The notes: a model not told the origin generated them from the letters alone. Counted from the first letter of the stretch, positions 26,693 through 36,865 are shown. The stretch is 64,000 bases of DNA from an uncultured virus (IMG/VR IMGVR_UViG_3300029951_000024) (IMGVR_UViG_3300029951_000024); one strand, 5' to 3'. Numbers and translations are program-made.

Positions 26693-27367
26693 ATGGACAG
26701 ACGAGAGCGGGCCCCAAACGACGAAGAGCTTTTTCGCATGGCCCTGGACTCGCTCCAGGCGCGCCTGTGGACTGCGCTTCCTGGAATCATCGACTCGGTC
26801 GCCGAGAACGGCCAGTCGTGCAACGTGCAGCCGGCGCTGACCTTGAAGCTCACGCAGAAGGATGGCACGACGGCGAACGTGGCCATGCCGCTGTTGCTCG
26901 ACTGCCCGATTCAGTGGCTCGGCGGCGGCGGCGTGACTTTCACGGTGCCGGTGAAGAAGGGCACCGAGTGTCTGGTCATTCTCGCATCGCGCTGTATCGA
27001 CGGCTGGTGGGGCCAGGGCGGCGTGCAGACGCCCCCTGAGCTGCGGATGCACAACCTGTCGGATGGCTTCTGCCTCCCCGGTGTGCGCTCGAAGGCTACC
27101 GCGTTCACGGTCGATCTGACGCAAGCGCAGGTTCGCAGCGATGACGGCTCGACGGTGTGGTCGCTCAATCCGACCGCGCAGACCATTACCGCGGTGGCGC
27201 CAGGGGGCATGACCTTGAACGGCGTGACCATCGACTCCAGCGGCAACGTGCATTCGCCGGCGACGATCACAGGGGCAACTGACGTGACGACCGGCGCCGG
27301 CATCAGCCTGAACAACCACACGCACACGGATCCGCAGGGCGGAACCGTGGGTCCGCCACAAGGTTAG
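26693..27367 (+). CDS. baseplate central spike (Gp138/gpV-like)
   Basis: TALPGII, GGGGVTFTVPVKKG.ECL, RMHNLSDG; C-terminal HxH metal-binding tip. Confidence 0.88.
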   Translation: MDRRERAPNDEELFRMALDSLQARLWTALPGIIDSVAENGQSCNVQPALTLKLTQKDGTTANVAMPLLLDCPIQWLGGGGVTFTVPVKKGTECLVILASRCIDGWWGQGGVQTPPELRMHNLSDGFCLPGVRSKATAFTVDLTQAQVRSDDGSTVWSLNPTAQTITAVAPGGMTLNGVTIDSSGNVHSPATITGATDVTTGAGISLNNHTHTDPQGGTVGPPQG

Positions 27368-27370
27368 TTG

Positions 27371-27736
27371 ATGCGCTACCGACCTCTCTCTCCGACTGGC
27401 GACTACACGATCGGCCAGCCCTGGTATGTGAACAACACCAATGCGGTCGCCCAGGCGATCAAGACGCGGCTGAATCTGTGGCTCGCCGAGTGGTTCATCG
27501 ACACGTCCGACGGCACGCCCTGGCTCACCCAGGTCTTCGGTCCCCGCGCTTCGCGCAACCCGGATGCGGCGATTCGCCAGCGCATTTTGCAAACCCCCGG
27601 CGTGACGGGATTGGTCTCTTACCAGAGCACCTATTTCGGCGCCACCCGACAAATTCAGGTGCAAGCACAAGTGCAGACGCAATACAGCACGACGCCCGTA
27701 CCCATCGACCTGATGCTCACGAGCCCGACGGTTTAA
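27371..27736 (+). CDS. baseplate wedge subunit (gp25/W-like)
   Basis: VAQAIKTRL.LW..EWFIDT..GTPW, RILQTPGV. Confidence 0.82.
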   Translation: MRYRPLSPTGDYTIGQPWYVNNTNAVAQAIKTRLNLWLAEWFIDTSDGTPWLTQVFGPRASRNPDAAIRQRILQTPGVTGLVSYQSTYFGATRQIQVQAQVQTQYSTTPVPIDLMLTSPTV

Positions 27737-27739
27737 GCG

Positions 27740-28909
27740 ATGCCAAACAATTACGCGCCCGTCATCGACGCGAACGGCATCTCCGCGGACGATTTCCCGA
27801 CCACCCTCGCCAAGCTCACCCAGGACTATCAGGCCATTTACGGCGCTGACGCCTACCTCGGCAACGACTCGCAGGACGGCCAGTTCGTCGGTGTCATCGC
27901 CAAGGCGATCAACGACCAGAGCAATTCTTGCGTCGCGACCTATAACGGCTTCAGCCCGGCCACGGCTCAGGGCGCGGGCCTGTCTTCTAATGTGAAGATC
28001 AACGGCCTGCAGCGCGAGATACCGTCCTTCTCGACGGTGCCCGCGGCCGTCGTGGGGCAGGCCGATATCACGATCACGAATGGCCAGATCAAGGATGCGG
28101 CCGGGAACCTGTGGGCGCTGCCCACGTCGGTCGCCGTTCCCTCGAGCGGCACGATCGGCGTCACGCTGACCTGCCTCACTGCCGGCGCGATCGCCCTGGG
28201 CAGCGGCGTTGCCCTGCAGATCGCGACCCCGGTGGCCGGCTGGCAGACGGTCACGACCACGGCCGCCGCATCGCCCGGCGCCCCGGTGGAGACCGACGCG
28301 GCCCTGCGCGTGCGTCAGTCGCAGTCCACCGATGCACCGGCGATCACAATTTTCGATTCGATCCTGAGCGACATCCTGAATTTGCCCGGCGTCACCCGCG
28401 CGATGGGGTACGAGAACAATACGACCACGACCAATGGCGACGGCATCCCTGCCGGTCAGTGCGCGTTCGTGGTTGAGGGCGGCAGTCCTTCCGCGATCTT
28501 CGCGGCGATCGCGCTCAAGTATCCCCCTGGCAGCGGATGCTACGGAACCAGCTCGACCACGGTGGTCAGCGCCGGAGGCATCAGCAAGCTGGTCGCCTAC
28601 TCGGTGGCCACCTCGGACACGTTCGCAGTCGCATTGACCCTCTCGCACAAGGCCGGATGGTCCACCGCTGCGGAGCCGTACATTCAGGCGGCTGTCGCGG
28701 CATTCCTCAATGCCGTGCCGATCGGCACCACTGTGAGCTTCTTCGACGTGGCCGACGCGGCCAAGAACGTGCCGGCTCAGTATGTCGGCACCTTCAGCGT
28801 CACCGCCATGACGCTGACCAAGAATAGCGGCTCGGCTGTCAGCGCCGACGTGACGATCGCCTGGAACGAGGCGGCGGTGTGCAACCCCACTGCCGTCACG
28901 TTCAGCTAA
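27740..28909 (+). CDS. baseplate J/gp47 family protein
   Basis: DSQDGQ, ETDAALRVRQ, YENNT, VVEGG motifs. Confidence 0.9.
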   Translation: MPNNYAPVIDANGISADDFPTTLAKLTQDYQAIYGADAYLGNDSQDGQFVGVIAKAINDQSNSCVATYNGFSPATAQGAGLSSNVKINGLQREIPSFSTVPAAVVGQADITITNGQIKDAAGNLWALPTSVAVPSSGTIGVTLTCLTAGAIALGSGVALQIATPVAGWQTVTTTAAASPGAPVETDAALRVRQSQSTDAPAITIFDSILSDILNLPGVTRAMGYENNTTTTNGDGIPAGQCAFVVEGGSPSAIFAAIALKYPPGSGCYGTSSTTVVSAGGISKLVAYSVATSDTFAVALTLSHKAGWSTAAEPYIQAAVAAFLNAVPIGTTVSFFDVADAAKNVPAQYVGTFSVTAMTLTKNSGSAVSADVTIAWNEAAVCNPTAVTFS

Positions 28910-28913
28910 CGCC

Positions 28914-29951
28914 ATGATCGACTACACCCCGCTCATCACTGCGGAGCACAACCAGCAGCCGCAGTACATGGCCATGGTCGCCCTGGTGACGGGCGCGATC
29001 GCATCGATCACTGCGGTGACGCAATCGATCCCCGGGCAGTTCGATCTTGACTACGCGATCGGCGCGCAGCTAGACATCGTCGGCAAGTGGATCGGCCAGT
29101 CCCGCGTCGTGACTGGCGTGCTCGAGGTCGGCTACTTCGGCTTCTCTGACGATAGCTCGGCGCTGGGCTTCGGCGAGCTTGGCAACCCGGCGATCGGCGG
29201 CCAGTTCTTCGACCTGAACACCGGCAGCGCCACGGCGAGTACGGTCCTGGCGGATCCGGAATACCGGATCGTGCTGCGCGCGAAGATCATCAAGAATCAG
29301 TACGACGGCTCCATGGACCAGCTGGCCGCGGCCGCTGCGGTGCTGCTGGGCGTGCCGTGCCTGTTCCTGGATCCGGGCACCCGGATCGTAACCATCGTGG
29401 TTACCCAGGCGATCGACGCGACGCTGCAGGCGTTGCTGACTGGCTATGATCTGCTGCCGCGGCCTGCCGGCAAGACCTATTCGATCGTGCTGGTGGAGAC
29501 GGACGCCACGTGGTCTACGGCCGGAACGGCGACCTACTCGGGCACCACCGCAGCGAAGCCGACCGGCTCGGCCGGATGGGATAGCTCCGCGTATGTGAAC
29601 TCGCCGGCCGAAGAGATCTATCTCAGCTGGACGGTGCCCGACACCGTCAACGATCTGATGGGCGGCCTCGCGGCAAGCCCCGCGACCTCTCCCAACGAGA
29701 CAAACCTGAGCTACGGGATCCGCACGGAAGCGGGCTCGATCTATTCCTATCAGAGCGGGACGCAAAGCTCACTCATCGGGACCTACGTGGCTGGCGACAA
29801 CTTCGCGGCCGGGTATGACGGGTCAAACGTGACCCTCTGGCACAACGGCGTGCTGCTGCTCACCACGGCCGCGACCGGCCTCCTGGCGCCGATGTTTTGC
29901 CTCAACAGTGTCGGCGCTCAAGCACAGAACATCCTCTTGGCGGAAGTTTAA
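28914..29951 (+). CDS. baseplate protein DUF2612 with C-terminal beta-sandwich extension
   Basis: FDLDYAIGAQLDIVGKWIG, YRIVLRAKI, LPRPAG followed by about 150 extra aa. Confidence 0.8.
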   Translation: MIDYTPLITAEHNQQPQYMAMVALVTGAIASITAVTQSIPGQFDLDYAIGAQLDIVGKWIGQSRVVTGVLEVGYFGFSDDSSALGFGELGNPAIGGQFFDLNTGSATASTVLADPEYRIVLRAKIIKNQYDGSMDQLAAAAAVLLGVPCLFLDPGTRIVTIVVTQAIDATLQALLTGYDLLPRPAGKTYSIVLVETDATWSTAGTATYSGTTAAKPTGSAGWDSSAYVNSPAEEIYLSWTVPDTVNDLMGGLAASPATSPNETNLSYGIRTEAGSIYSYQSGTQSSLIGTYVAGDNFAAGYDGSNVTLWHNGVLLLTTAATGLLAPMFCLNSVGAQAQNILLAEV

Positions 29952-30788
29952 ATGACCATATTTAGCAAGCCTTCAGTTCGCGACGCATGGGCAGACACGG
30001 CCGACACCAACGACATCTCCGACCCTGGCAACACCTACGCGGCTGGCGGCTTTGTGCCCGTTGGCATGAAGCCCCCGCGCCAGTACATGAACTGGATCCT
30101 AAATTGGCTGTCGGCCGCGATCCGGTATTTCATGCAAAGCGGCATCCCTGCCTTTGACGCAGCGGAGTCGTACCCGATCAACGCGATCGTGATGCAGGAG
30201 TCGAACGGCCTGATTTATAACGGCCGTGTGGAGGGACAGACCGGAGTCGCGCCACCGACGGACGGCTCTGTCAATTCGGAGTGGGATAGCCCGTGGGTCC
30301 CGACGCCCCCGGTTGATGACGCCACGGTGCGCGTGCCGAATACCGCATGGGTTGTTTCCTACGCGGTCAAGATCGGCACTCCACTTTCCTCACAGGCCGG
30401 CTCTGTGTCATCGGGACAGGTTCCGCTCGCGGCCGTCCAGCAGTACCAGTCCTTTCTGGAGATCGCCTGGGGCCAGATCACGGGCTACAAGAACGCGGAT
30501 CTGCTTGAGGGATACGGCGGCAGCGTTTCTGTTGCCGGGTCCACCTACGTGCTGCGTGATGGGAGCGGCTACAGCTACCACAGCTACATCAACGCCAGCT
30601 GCGGCAACAACGAGAACTCCGCCGTCTCTCAGATCATGGTGACCAATGGCGCCGACAACTTCTTGCGCAAGGCCGGTGCCGACTGGGTGCTCGCGCAGAT
30701 GATGATGACTGACGCCGTGACGCTCCAGGCGGATCCGGGTGGCACGCCTGCCAACGGCACTCCCGGCACGCTCGTCGCCTACTACTAG
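29952..30788 (+). CDS. tail fibre protein
   Basis: PPRQYMNWILN..QSGIP.FD...YP N-terminal fibre motif; position. Confidence 0.75.
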   Translation: MTIFSKPSVRDAWADTADTNDISDPGNTYAAGGFVPVGMKPPRQYMNWILNWLSAAIRYFMQSGIPAFDAAESYPINAIVMQESNGLIYNGRVEGQTGVAPPTDGSVNSEWDSPWVPTPPVDDATVRVPNTAWVVSYAVKIGTPLSSQAGSVSSGQVPLAAVQQYQSFLEIAWGQITGYKNADLLEGYGGSVSVAGSTYVLRDGSGYSYHSYINASCGNNENSAVSQIMVTNGADNFLRKAGADWVLAQMMMTDAVTLQADPGGTPANGTPGTLVAYY

Positions 30789-30790
30789 CC

Positions 30791-31588
30791 ATGGCTTCTC
30801 GTACCTTCCTCCGCGATGGTGGCGGAGTCGCGCGGCTGTGGCGTCGCATTGCGATCCGCGATTCTGGTGGCACGGCGCGGATGCTAAAGCGGCTGTTCCT
30901 GCGCGATTCCGCCGGCGTTGCGCGATTGATCTACGTGTCCTTCCTGGGCTCAAGCAGCCAGTACGTCGGCGGCGTGACTGGATCGAGCCCCGTCTCGCAC
31001 ACTGAAACGGTGCCTGTGGGCGCCTCTCATGTTGTCATCGAGGCGTGGGGCGGCGGCGGCGGTGGCGGCGTAAACGTCTCATCGCGCGGCGGCGGCGGCG
31101 CTGCGGGCAACTATTGCCGCAGCGTCTATGCAGTGGCCGGCGGCGAGACATTCACGGTCACGATCGGTCCTGGCGGCACTGGCTACATCACCACCGGATC
31201 CGCGCCCGCCGCTACCGGCACGTCTGGTAACGCCGCGACGGTAGCATCGGGATCCGTCGCGAGCTTCACGACGATGATCGCTGGTGGCGGCATCGGCGGC
31301 GGCACCACGGCGGGCGGCGTTAACTTCGGTTCGCCAATTCCCCAGAGCGGTAACTACATCGGCGGCGCATCGGGCGGCAACCAGGTCAACACGACTGGTG
31401 CATCCGGCTTGGTGCCCACGGGCGCCGCTGCGGTCGCGGGCATTCACGGCCCCGTCGAGTCGCAGACCCTCGATTTCTTCAACGACACCCTCCCGACTGG
31501 TACGGGCGGCGAAGGCGGTACGGGCGGCGGTGATGCCAACGGCTCGCACTCAGGCCTGCCGGGTCTCGTTGTATTCACCTACACCTAA
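30791..31588 (+). CDS. glycine-rich tail fibre-associated protein
   Basis: VIEAWGGGGGGG..GGGGAAG..TVTIGPGG glycine-rich domain. Confidence 0.7.
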   Translation: MASRTFLRDGGGVARLWRRIAIRDSGGTARMLKRLFLRDSAGVARLIYVSFLGSSSQYVGGVTGSSPVSHTETVPVGASHVVIEAWGGGGGGGVNVSSRGGGGAAGNYCRSVYAVAGGETFTVTIGPGGTGYITTGSAPAATGTSGNAATVASGSVASFTTMIAGGGIGGGTTAGGVNFGSPIPQSGNYIGGASGGNQVNTTGASGLVPTGAAAVAGIHGPVESQTLDFFNDTLPTGTGGEGGTGGGDANGSHSGLPGLVVFTYT

Positions 31589-31603
31589 CCAAAGGCATCT
31601 CGC

Positions 31604-31801
31604 GTGAAAGATGTAATTCAAGAAAAGCTGGCTCATTTGGCAGTGGCGACGGCTTCAGGGGGCGCTGTGATTGTTTGGCTTGATGTGATCGACAGAATGG
31701 TGCGGATCGGCGCCGGGTGTGCATCGATCGCAGCGGCGCTTTATGCCGTGAAGTATTACCGCGCGAAAATCAAAGCGCGCAAATCCGACGAAGACGAGTA
31801 A
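31604..31801 (+). CDS. putative holin
   Basis: Small, two hydrophobic segments, basic/acidic tail, upstream of the endolysin. Confidence 0.55.
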   Translation: MKDVIQEKLAHLAVATASGGAVIVWLDVIDRMVRIGAGCASIAAALYAVKYYRAKIKARKSDEDE

Positions 31802-31806
31802 CCGCC

Positions 31807-32268
31807 GTGAAGCTGCTTCTGGTCCGCGACTACCACGGCACGGACTGCACTCTGGGCGTGCTCACCGCCGGCGCGGTCATCCTGCAGACGATGGAATGCC
31901 CGTGGATCCTGGATCCGGACGGCGGCCTGTGCGGGATGCCGTTCAAGTCCTGCGTGCCCGCGGGCGACTACGCGCTGGTGCCGCATAACTCGCCGGACCA
32001 TCCGAAGACCTTCGCGCTCTTCGCGCCGTCGCTGGACATCTTCGATGTGCCGCAGCACGTGCCCCCGGGAGTCATGGCTCGCTCTGAGTGCCTGATTCAC
32101 CAGGGCAACTATGCGAGCAACGTGGAGGGCTGCATTGCCGTAGGCCTGCACCGCGCCCGCTACGCCAGCGGCTCGATGGTTACCAATTCAATTGATGCGC
32201 TGGAAATGCTTCTGGCCGCAGTGCCGTGGATGCCCGGTCACACGCTGACCATCAGCAACGCTCCGTAG
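31807..32268 (+). CDS. putative endolysin (DUF5675 family)
   Basis: TLGVL..TMECPW..SCVPAGDY..RSECLIHQGN..VEGCIAVG motifs. Confidence 0.75.
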   Translation: MKLLLVRDYHGTDCTLGVLTAGAVILQTMECPWILDPDGGLCGMPFKSCVPAGDYALVPHNSPDHPKTFALFAPSLDIFDVPQHVPPGVMARSECLIHQGNYASNVEGCIAVGLHRARYASGSMVTNSIDALEMLLAAVPWMPGHTLTISNAP

Positions 32269-32278
32269 GAGTTCCCCC

Positions 32279-32533
32279 GTGTCCAATCCGAATCCCATGG
32301 CGAATCGGGAGCGGATGCTGTTGACCTCTGTCATCAGCATTCTCATCGCCCCGAAGCTCGCGGCCTTCGGGCTGCCCAAAGACCAGCAGGACGAAGCGAT
32401 CGCATTCGCCGCCGGCACGTTGCCGCTGGTCTACCACTACTTCGCCGAATACCTCACGGCCTGGCTCGCCTCGCGCCACCTGCGGCTCCAGGACCTTCAA
32501 AACCCTACGTCGCCGCCACTGGCGGCGAAGTAA
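32279..32533 (+). CDS. small membrane protein (holin-like)
   Basis: Two hydrophobic stretches; AGGAG RBS. Confidence 0.55.
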   Translation: MSNPNPMANRERMLLTSVISILIAPKLAAFGLPKDQQDEAIAFAAGTLPLVYHYFAEYLTAWLASRHLRLQDLQNPTSPPLAAK

Positions 32534-32568
32534 CTCACGCGCTCGAAAACTCTCATCAGGAGATAACC

Positions 32569-33042
32569 ATGTCCGATCCCACTGTTAGCCCGATTCAGCA
32601 GGCCGAAGCATCCTTCGCCGTCGCCCTCGTCATTGACGTTGCCTCCAAGGGCGTCGCTGCGAAGAAGGTGGCCCTGGCCACCGCACTGCTGGTGTACGTC
32701 AACGCGCTCAAGAATATTGCCGAGGGCGATATCGCCGACGGTGCTGCTGCGCTGCTGGTGGCCACGCAGTCCCCGAACCTGGACCCCGGCATTGCGCTGG
32801 GCCTCAAGTCTCTCTTGCAGGTCAGCAACGTCGAGCTGACCGCGCTGGCGACGATCGAGGATGGCAACCTCGCCGGTCAGGCTGAGCTGGCGATCGCCGC
32901 GAGCTTGCTGACGGCCGCGGGCATTGCCCTGCAGGCCTACATCCCGGTTGCTCCGGTCTCGGCCGAAGCCCCGGCAGGTCTGCGCTCGGCCGCCGTGCAG
33001 CCGCAAGGAGCCTTACACCCCGGCCCGCATCAGGTCGCGTAA
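32569..33042 (+). CDS. hydrophobic Ala/Leu-rich hypothetical protein
   Basis: AGGAG RBS; in the lysis region. Confidence 0.7.
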   Translation: MSDPTVSPIQQAEASFAVALVIDVASKGVAAKKVALATALLVYVNALKNIAEGDIADGAAALLVATQSPNLDPGIALGLKSLLQVSNVELTALATIEDGNLAGQAELAIAASLLTAAGIALQAYIPVAPVSAEAPAGLRSAAVQPQGALHPGPHQVA

Positions 33043-33063
33043 CGCAACAGCGTTAGTCCGTTT

Positions 33064-33102
33064 CGCGGCGTCTTGGGCACCCCCCCTGGCGCCGCGTTTT
33101 TT
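33064..33102 (+). terminator. Rho-independent terminator
   Basis: CGCGGCGTC...GGCGCCGCG followed by T6. Confidence 0.55.
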
Positions 33103-33128
33103 CTTCCCGAACCTCTGAGATTCAATCG

Positions 33129-33932
33129 ATGCTGTACAAACTCGGCAGGCGCCCACGTGCGCGCAATCATTGGTTCCCTCACTACTCTGCGATTCTCGCC
33201 GGCGCGGTGCGTCCCTTCGTACCGCCGAGCGTGGATTACACCGCGGACCTACCTGCGGACCTGGGGATGATGCTCAACGACCGCTACGGCGACTGCGCCG
33301 AGGCCGGCTGGTATCACGCCGAACAGGTCTTCACTGCCAATGCACAGGGCGCGATCGTCACCGCTCCGGATCCGATCGTGCAGCAGTTTTATTCCGAGGT
33401 GACGGGCTTCAACCCGAACGCACCTCTCGTGGACGGTGAGAACCCCACCGACCAGGGCACCGCCCTTCAGGATCTGCTGGCCTATCTGGTTAAGACCGGC
33501 GCCCCGATGGCCGATGGCACGCGGCGCAAGATCCTGGGTGCGTATGAGGTCGACCCGCGCAACACGGCCGACCTCAACCAAGCCACCTACGAGGGCGGCG
33601 TCCTCTATCTCGGATTCAACGTCCCTCAGTACCTGATGGACGGCCTGACCGCTCCCGGATCCGTGTGGGACATGAACCCGGCGGGCAACTCGGCGATCGT
33701 CGGCGGCCACTGCGTGACCTCTGCCAAGTTCGATGCGAAGGGCAACCGCGGGATCATCACCTGGGGCTCGGACGACTACACGGCCACGCCCGCCTTCTTC
33801 GCCCAGTACTTCGATGAAGCCTACGTGGTTGTCACGCAGGACTGGGTCGAGAAGACCGGCAAGACCCCGGGCGGCCTGTCGCTGGACGAAATGCAGTCGC
33901 AGATGGCGGCTGCATTCAAGGCGGCCGCGTGA
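33129..33932 (+). CDS. papain-like (C1-type) cysteine peptidase
   Basis: NDRYGDCAEA (Cys), GGHCV (His), ITWG. Confidence 0.75.
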   Translation: MLYKLGRRPRARNHWFPHYSAILAGAVRPFVPPSVDYTADLPADLGMMLNDRYGDCAEAGWYHAEQVFTANAQGAIVTAPDPIVQQFYSEVTGFNPNAPLVDGENPTDQGTALQDLLAYLVKTGAPMADGTRRKILGAYEVDPRNTADLNQATYEGGVLYLGFNVPQYLMDGLTAPGSVWDMNPAGNSAIVGGHCVTSAKFDAKGNRGIITWGSDDYTATPAFFAQYFDEAYVVVTQDWVEKTGKTPGGLSLDEMQSQMAAAFKAAA

Positions 33933-34774
33933 CTCCCGTGCAGGAGGACGCGCAGCTGGGGCTGCTCGCCGCCTACGCATTCGACATGTTTCCCGGCTCG
34001 CAGCTGCAGCTGCTGGAGCCGCCCGCGGATCCACGGCTGTCACCGCTGTGGGCTATCCGCGGGTACCTCACCGCTTGCGACGCGCTGTTCCTGAAGGCTC
34101 AGGCGCTGGGCCTTGGAACGCGGGTCTTCTACGGCTTCCTGGCCGAGTCGACCACGTCCCCCGGGACCTTCGTCGCCGTCGTGCGCGGCACCGCCGACAT
34201 CATCGAGTGGGCGATCGACGCTAAGTTCGCTCAGGTCCAGTGCCCGCTCGGCGGCCACGCTGAGGCGGGCTTCTACGGGCTCTTCGAGACCCTGAAGTTC
34301 CGCACCCCTGGCGGCGTGGACACGGACGTCGGCGCCGGCATCGCGGCGATCGTGGGCAAGGGATCTATCACGGTGATAGGTCACAGCCTGGGTGCGGCGC
34401 TTGCGACCTACCTCGCCCTTGAGCTCGCCGCGGTACGGCACCTGAACGTGCGCGGCCGCTTCTTCGCATCCCCGCGCCCGGGCGACCAGGACTTTGCGGA
34501 TGCCTTTGCGACGCATGTGAAGGACGCCGTCTCCTATGCCCGGGAGCGCGACGAGGTGCCCGAGGTGCCGTTCGGCTTCGGCTACCTGCCGCTGCACTGC
34601 CTTGTGCTCATCGGCCCCCAGACGGCTCAGGCGGTCGTTCGGGACAACCCCCTGTGCAATCACCATATCTTTTGTTACTGCGCGGACCTCTGGTACGGCC
34701 TCATGGCCTGGCCTGACGTTCCGCCGATCGATCAACCGCTCACGGCCTGCATCTGCGGGCCGGCAACTCACTGA
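33929..34774 (+). CDS. class 3 lipase
   Basis: VVRGT..EW..D, GF, GHSLGAALA, FASPRPGD, DEVPEVP, C-terminal His. Confidence 0.88.
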   Translation: MTPVQEDAQLGLLAAYAFDMFPGSQLQLLEPPADPRLSPLWAIRGYLTACDALFLKAQALGLGTRVFYGFLAESTTSPGTFVAVVRGTADIIEWAIDAKFAQVQCPLGGHAEAGFYGLFETLKFRTPGGVDTDVGAGIAAIVGKGSITVIGHSLGAALATYLALELAAVRHLNVRGRFFASPRPGDQDFADAFATHVKDAVSYARERDEVPEVPFGFGYLPLHCLVLIGPQTAQAVVRDNPLCNHHIFCYCADLWYGLMAWPDVPPIDQPLTACICGPATH

Positions 34775-34785
34775 AGGAAACCCCC

Positions 34786-35037
34786 ATGCGAAAACTATTC
34801 GTAGGCGCGCTCGCGTGCGTCGCTCTGTCCGGTTGCGCGGCCCTCGAGACGGCGGCCGACCACACGCGGGATTTTGTTGAAGAGCATCCGGTCGCCGTCT
34901 CCGTTGTCGCATCCGTCGCGGTCACGTCCCTCGTAACCACGATCGAGCTGCGCAAGGCGGATAAGCAGCTGGCCTCACAGCTGGGTGCTGCGCTGGGCGG
35001 AGCGCAGGCGCCCCCGACAACCGTACTGCTGCACTGA
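34786..35037 (+). CDS. lipoprotein
   Basis: Signal peptide with LSGC lipobox. Confidence 0.7.
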   Translation: MRKLFVGALACVALSGCAALETAADHTRDFVEEHPVAVSVVASVAVTSLVTTIELRKADKQLASQLGAALGGAQAPPTTVLLH

Positions 35038-35040
35038 CGG

Positions 35041-35334
35041 GTGGCCACGGTGGCCGTCCCCCGCAAGTTCAAATTGCTGGGTATTGAGTACACCGTCTCC
35101 GTAATCAGCTCGCGCGACTGGAAGCGGCCGCGCGTCGTTGGCTACTTGGACGCCGAGAAGTGCCATATCCAGATCAAGAAGGCGCGCGGCGACGTGACGG
35201 AACAGACGTTCTGGCACGAGGTGGCGCACGTGATGCTCACCACCATGGGGCGCGAAGACCTCTCCAGCAACGAGGAATTCGTTGACCTACTCGCCTCGAT
35301 GATCCACCAGGTCCTCGCAACATCGGAGCATTGA
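35041..35334 (+). CDS. small zincin-like (HExxH) protein
   Basis: TFWHEVAH...EEFVD. Confidence 0.7.
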   Translation: MATVAVPRKFKLLGIEYTVSVISSRDWKRPRVVGYLDAEKCHIQIKKARGDVTEQTFWHEVAHVMLTTMGREDLSSNEEFVDLLASMIHQVLATSEH

Positions 35335-35335
35335 A

Positions 35336-36097
35336 TTGCGGCACATGGTCATTCCGGACGCCCAGATCCGCCCGGGCGATGATCTCTCTCACATCGATCT
35401 CGCGGCTCAGGCCATAGTTGATTACAAGCCGGACAAGCTCATCGTCATCGGCGACTGGTGGGACTTTCCGAGTCTCAACCGTCACGCGATGGTCGGCTCA
35501 AAGGAACTGGAAAACAGCCGCTATCAGGATGATGTGGACATAGGCAATGAAGCCCTGCGCCGACTGGTGGCGCCGATGGAGAAGGAGCGCGTACGGCTGA
35601 AGCGCAACAAGGAAAAGCAGTGGAACCCCGACAAGGAATTGTTCCTGGGGAACCATGAGGCGCGCGCGGACAAGGTCGCCGAGAATGACCCGAAGTGGTC
35701 GGGCATCATCGGCAGCCATAACTGCCAGACGCTCGACTTCCGCGTGCACCCGTTCCTGAAGATCGCGGAGCTGGACGGGGTCAAGTACTGCCACTATTTC
35801 CCGAACCCGTTCAGCGGGCGCCCCATCGGCGGCACGATCCCGAATCGGTTGCAGCACATCGGCGGCTCATTCGTGCAGGGCCACCAGCAGGGGTTCATGT
35901 ACGGCAGCAAACAGTACCCCGACCATGTCGCGCACGGGATAGTCTGCGGCCGCTTCTACACGCACCTCGAGCGCTACCGGCCGATCGACGTGCAGGCAAC
36001 CGAGTGGAACGGGATTGTCGTGCTCAACCAGGTGCAGAACGGCGACTTCGACCTCATGCCGCTGCGCATGGAATATCTCGCGAGGAAATACGGATGA
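35336..36097 (+). CDS. calcineurin-like metallophosphoesterase
   Basis: IPD.Q, IGDWWD, LGNHE, YCHY, QGHQQ motifs. Confidence 0.85.
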   Translation: MRHMVIPDAQIRPGDDLSHIDLAAQAIVDYKPDKLIVIGDWWDFPSLNRHAMVGSKELENSRYQDDVDIGNEALRRLVAPMEKERVRLKRNKEKQWNPDKELFLGNHEARADKVAENDPKWSGIIGSHNCQTLDFRVHPFLKIAELDGVKYCHYFPNPFSGRPIGGTIPNRLQHIGGSFVQGHQQGFMYGSKQYPDHVAHGIVCGRFYTHLERYRPIDVQATEWNGIVVLNQVQNGDFDLMPLRMEYLARKYG

Positions 36098-36384
36098 CCG
36101 ACAAGAGCATTCTGCTGGAAGCCCAGGAGATCACCCACGGCGCGCGGGCCCAGGCCTACGGCCATGTCATCGATGACTTCTCGCGCACGGCCGCGATGGT
36201 CTCGGCGCTGCTGGCTCACAAGCTGAAAGCGCCGCTCACCCCGAATGACATCACCATGATGATGTGCTGCGTGAAGCTCTCACGGCAGGCGAACAAGCCG
36301 GGGCGCGACAACATGGTAGACCTCGCCGGCTACGCATGGTGCACGCAGGAAATTCTCGAAGAGATTGCCCGGCGCGCCGCTTAG
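36094..36384 (+). CDS. DUF6378-like protein
   Basis: ILLEA..I..GAR..AYG...F, KLSR, DNMVDLAGYA. Confidence 0.8.
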   Translation: MTDKSILLEAQEITHGARAQAYGHVIDDFSRTAAMVSALLAHKLKAPLTPNDITMMMCCVKLSRQANKPGRDNMVDLAGYAWCTQEILEEIARRAA

Positions 36385-36842
36385 GGAGTCTGCGGGTACC
36401 CCTGGCGCATCAGCCGGTCCATGACATCGCGCATGTAGGTCCGGCTGTCATAGGCGGGCTCTGTGATGGTGGCGCTGCCGTCGGGCATCAGCATCGCGTG
36501 CGGGTATGCCAGCGCGCTGAACCCCGGGGCAGGATGAAGTGCGCCTTCGCCGTCCACGAACGTGTAGCCAATTAGGGTGCCCGTTGGATACCAGCAGCCG
36601 ATCGGGGCGCGGTAGCCCGTGTTCCACGCACGCCGCATGTTCTCGGCGCCCTGGATCGGCAGGGTGCACGGTTCCTTGAGGAACAGAATCGTCATCATGT
36701 GTGGCGCCGAGACGCGATCGCCGGTGACATAGTGTCCTGGCTCTGGCGGGTTCGGCATGATGCGCACCAAACGCCCTGGCTGGTCAGCAGCGGCGATCGA
36801 AGTGCAGGCGAGTAGAAGGCAGGCGGCGAGTTTGGCGTTCAT
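36381..36842 (-). CDS. secreted hypothetical protein
   Basis: Signal peptide MNAKLAACLLLACTSIAAA; Cys pair. Confidence 0.65.
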   Translation of the reverse strand: MNAKLAACLLLACTSIAAADQPGRLVRIMPNPPEPGHYVTGDRVSAPHMMTILFLKEPCTLPIQGAENMRRAWNTGYRAPIGCWYPTGTLIGYTFVDGEGALHPAPGFSALAYPHAMLMPDGSATITEPAYDSRTYMRDVMDRLMRQGYPQTP

Positions 36843-36865
36843 GGGGTGCCATGGTCACACGGCGC

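Noticed and set aside
26591..28915. 774-aa minus-strand ORF and similar long antisense or alternate-frame ORFs (e.g. 17777..19297, 9569..11164, 13490..14566)
   Set aside because: They lie opposite or over well-supported structural genes; expected from high GC3 codon bias
29952..31588. Diversity-generating retroelement or invertible tail-fibre cassette
   Set aside because: No reverse transcriptase, TR/VR pair or invertase seen in the window
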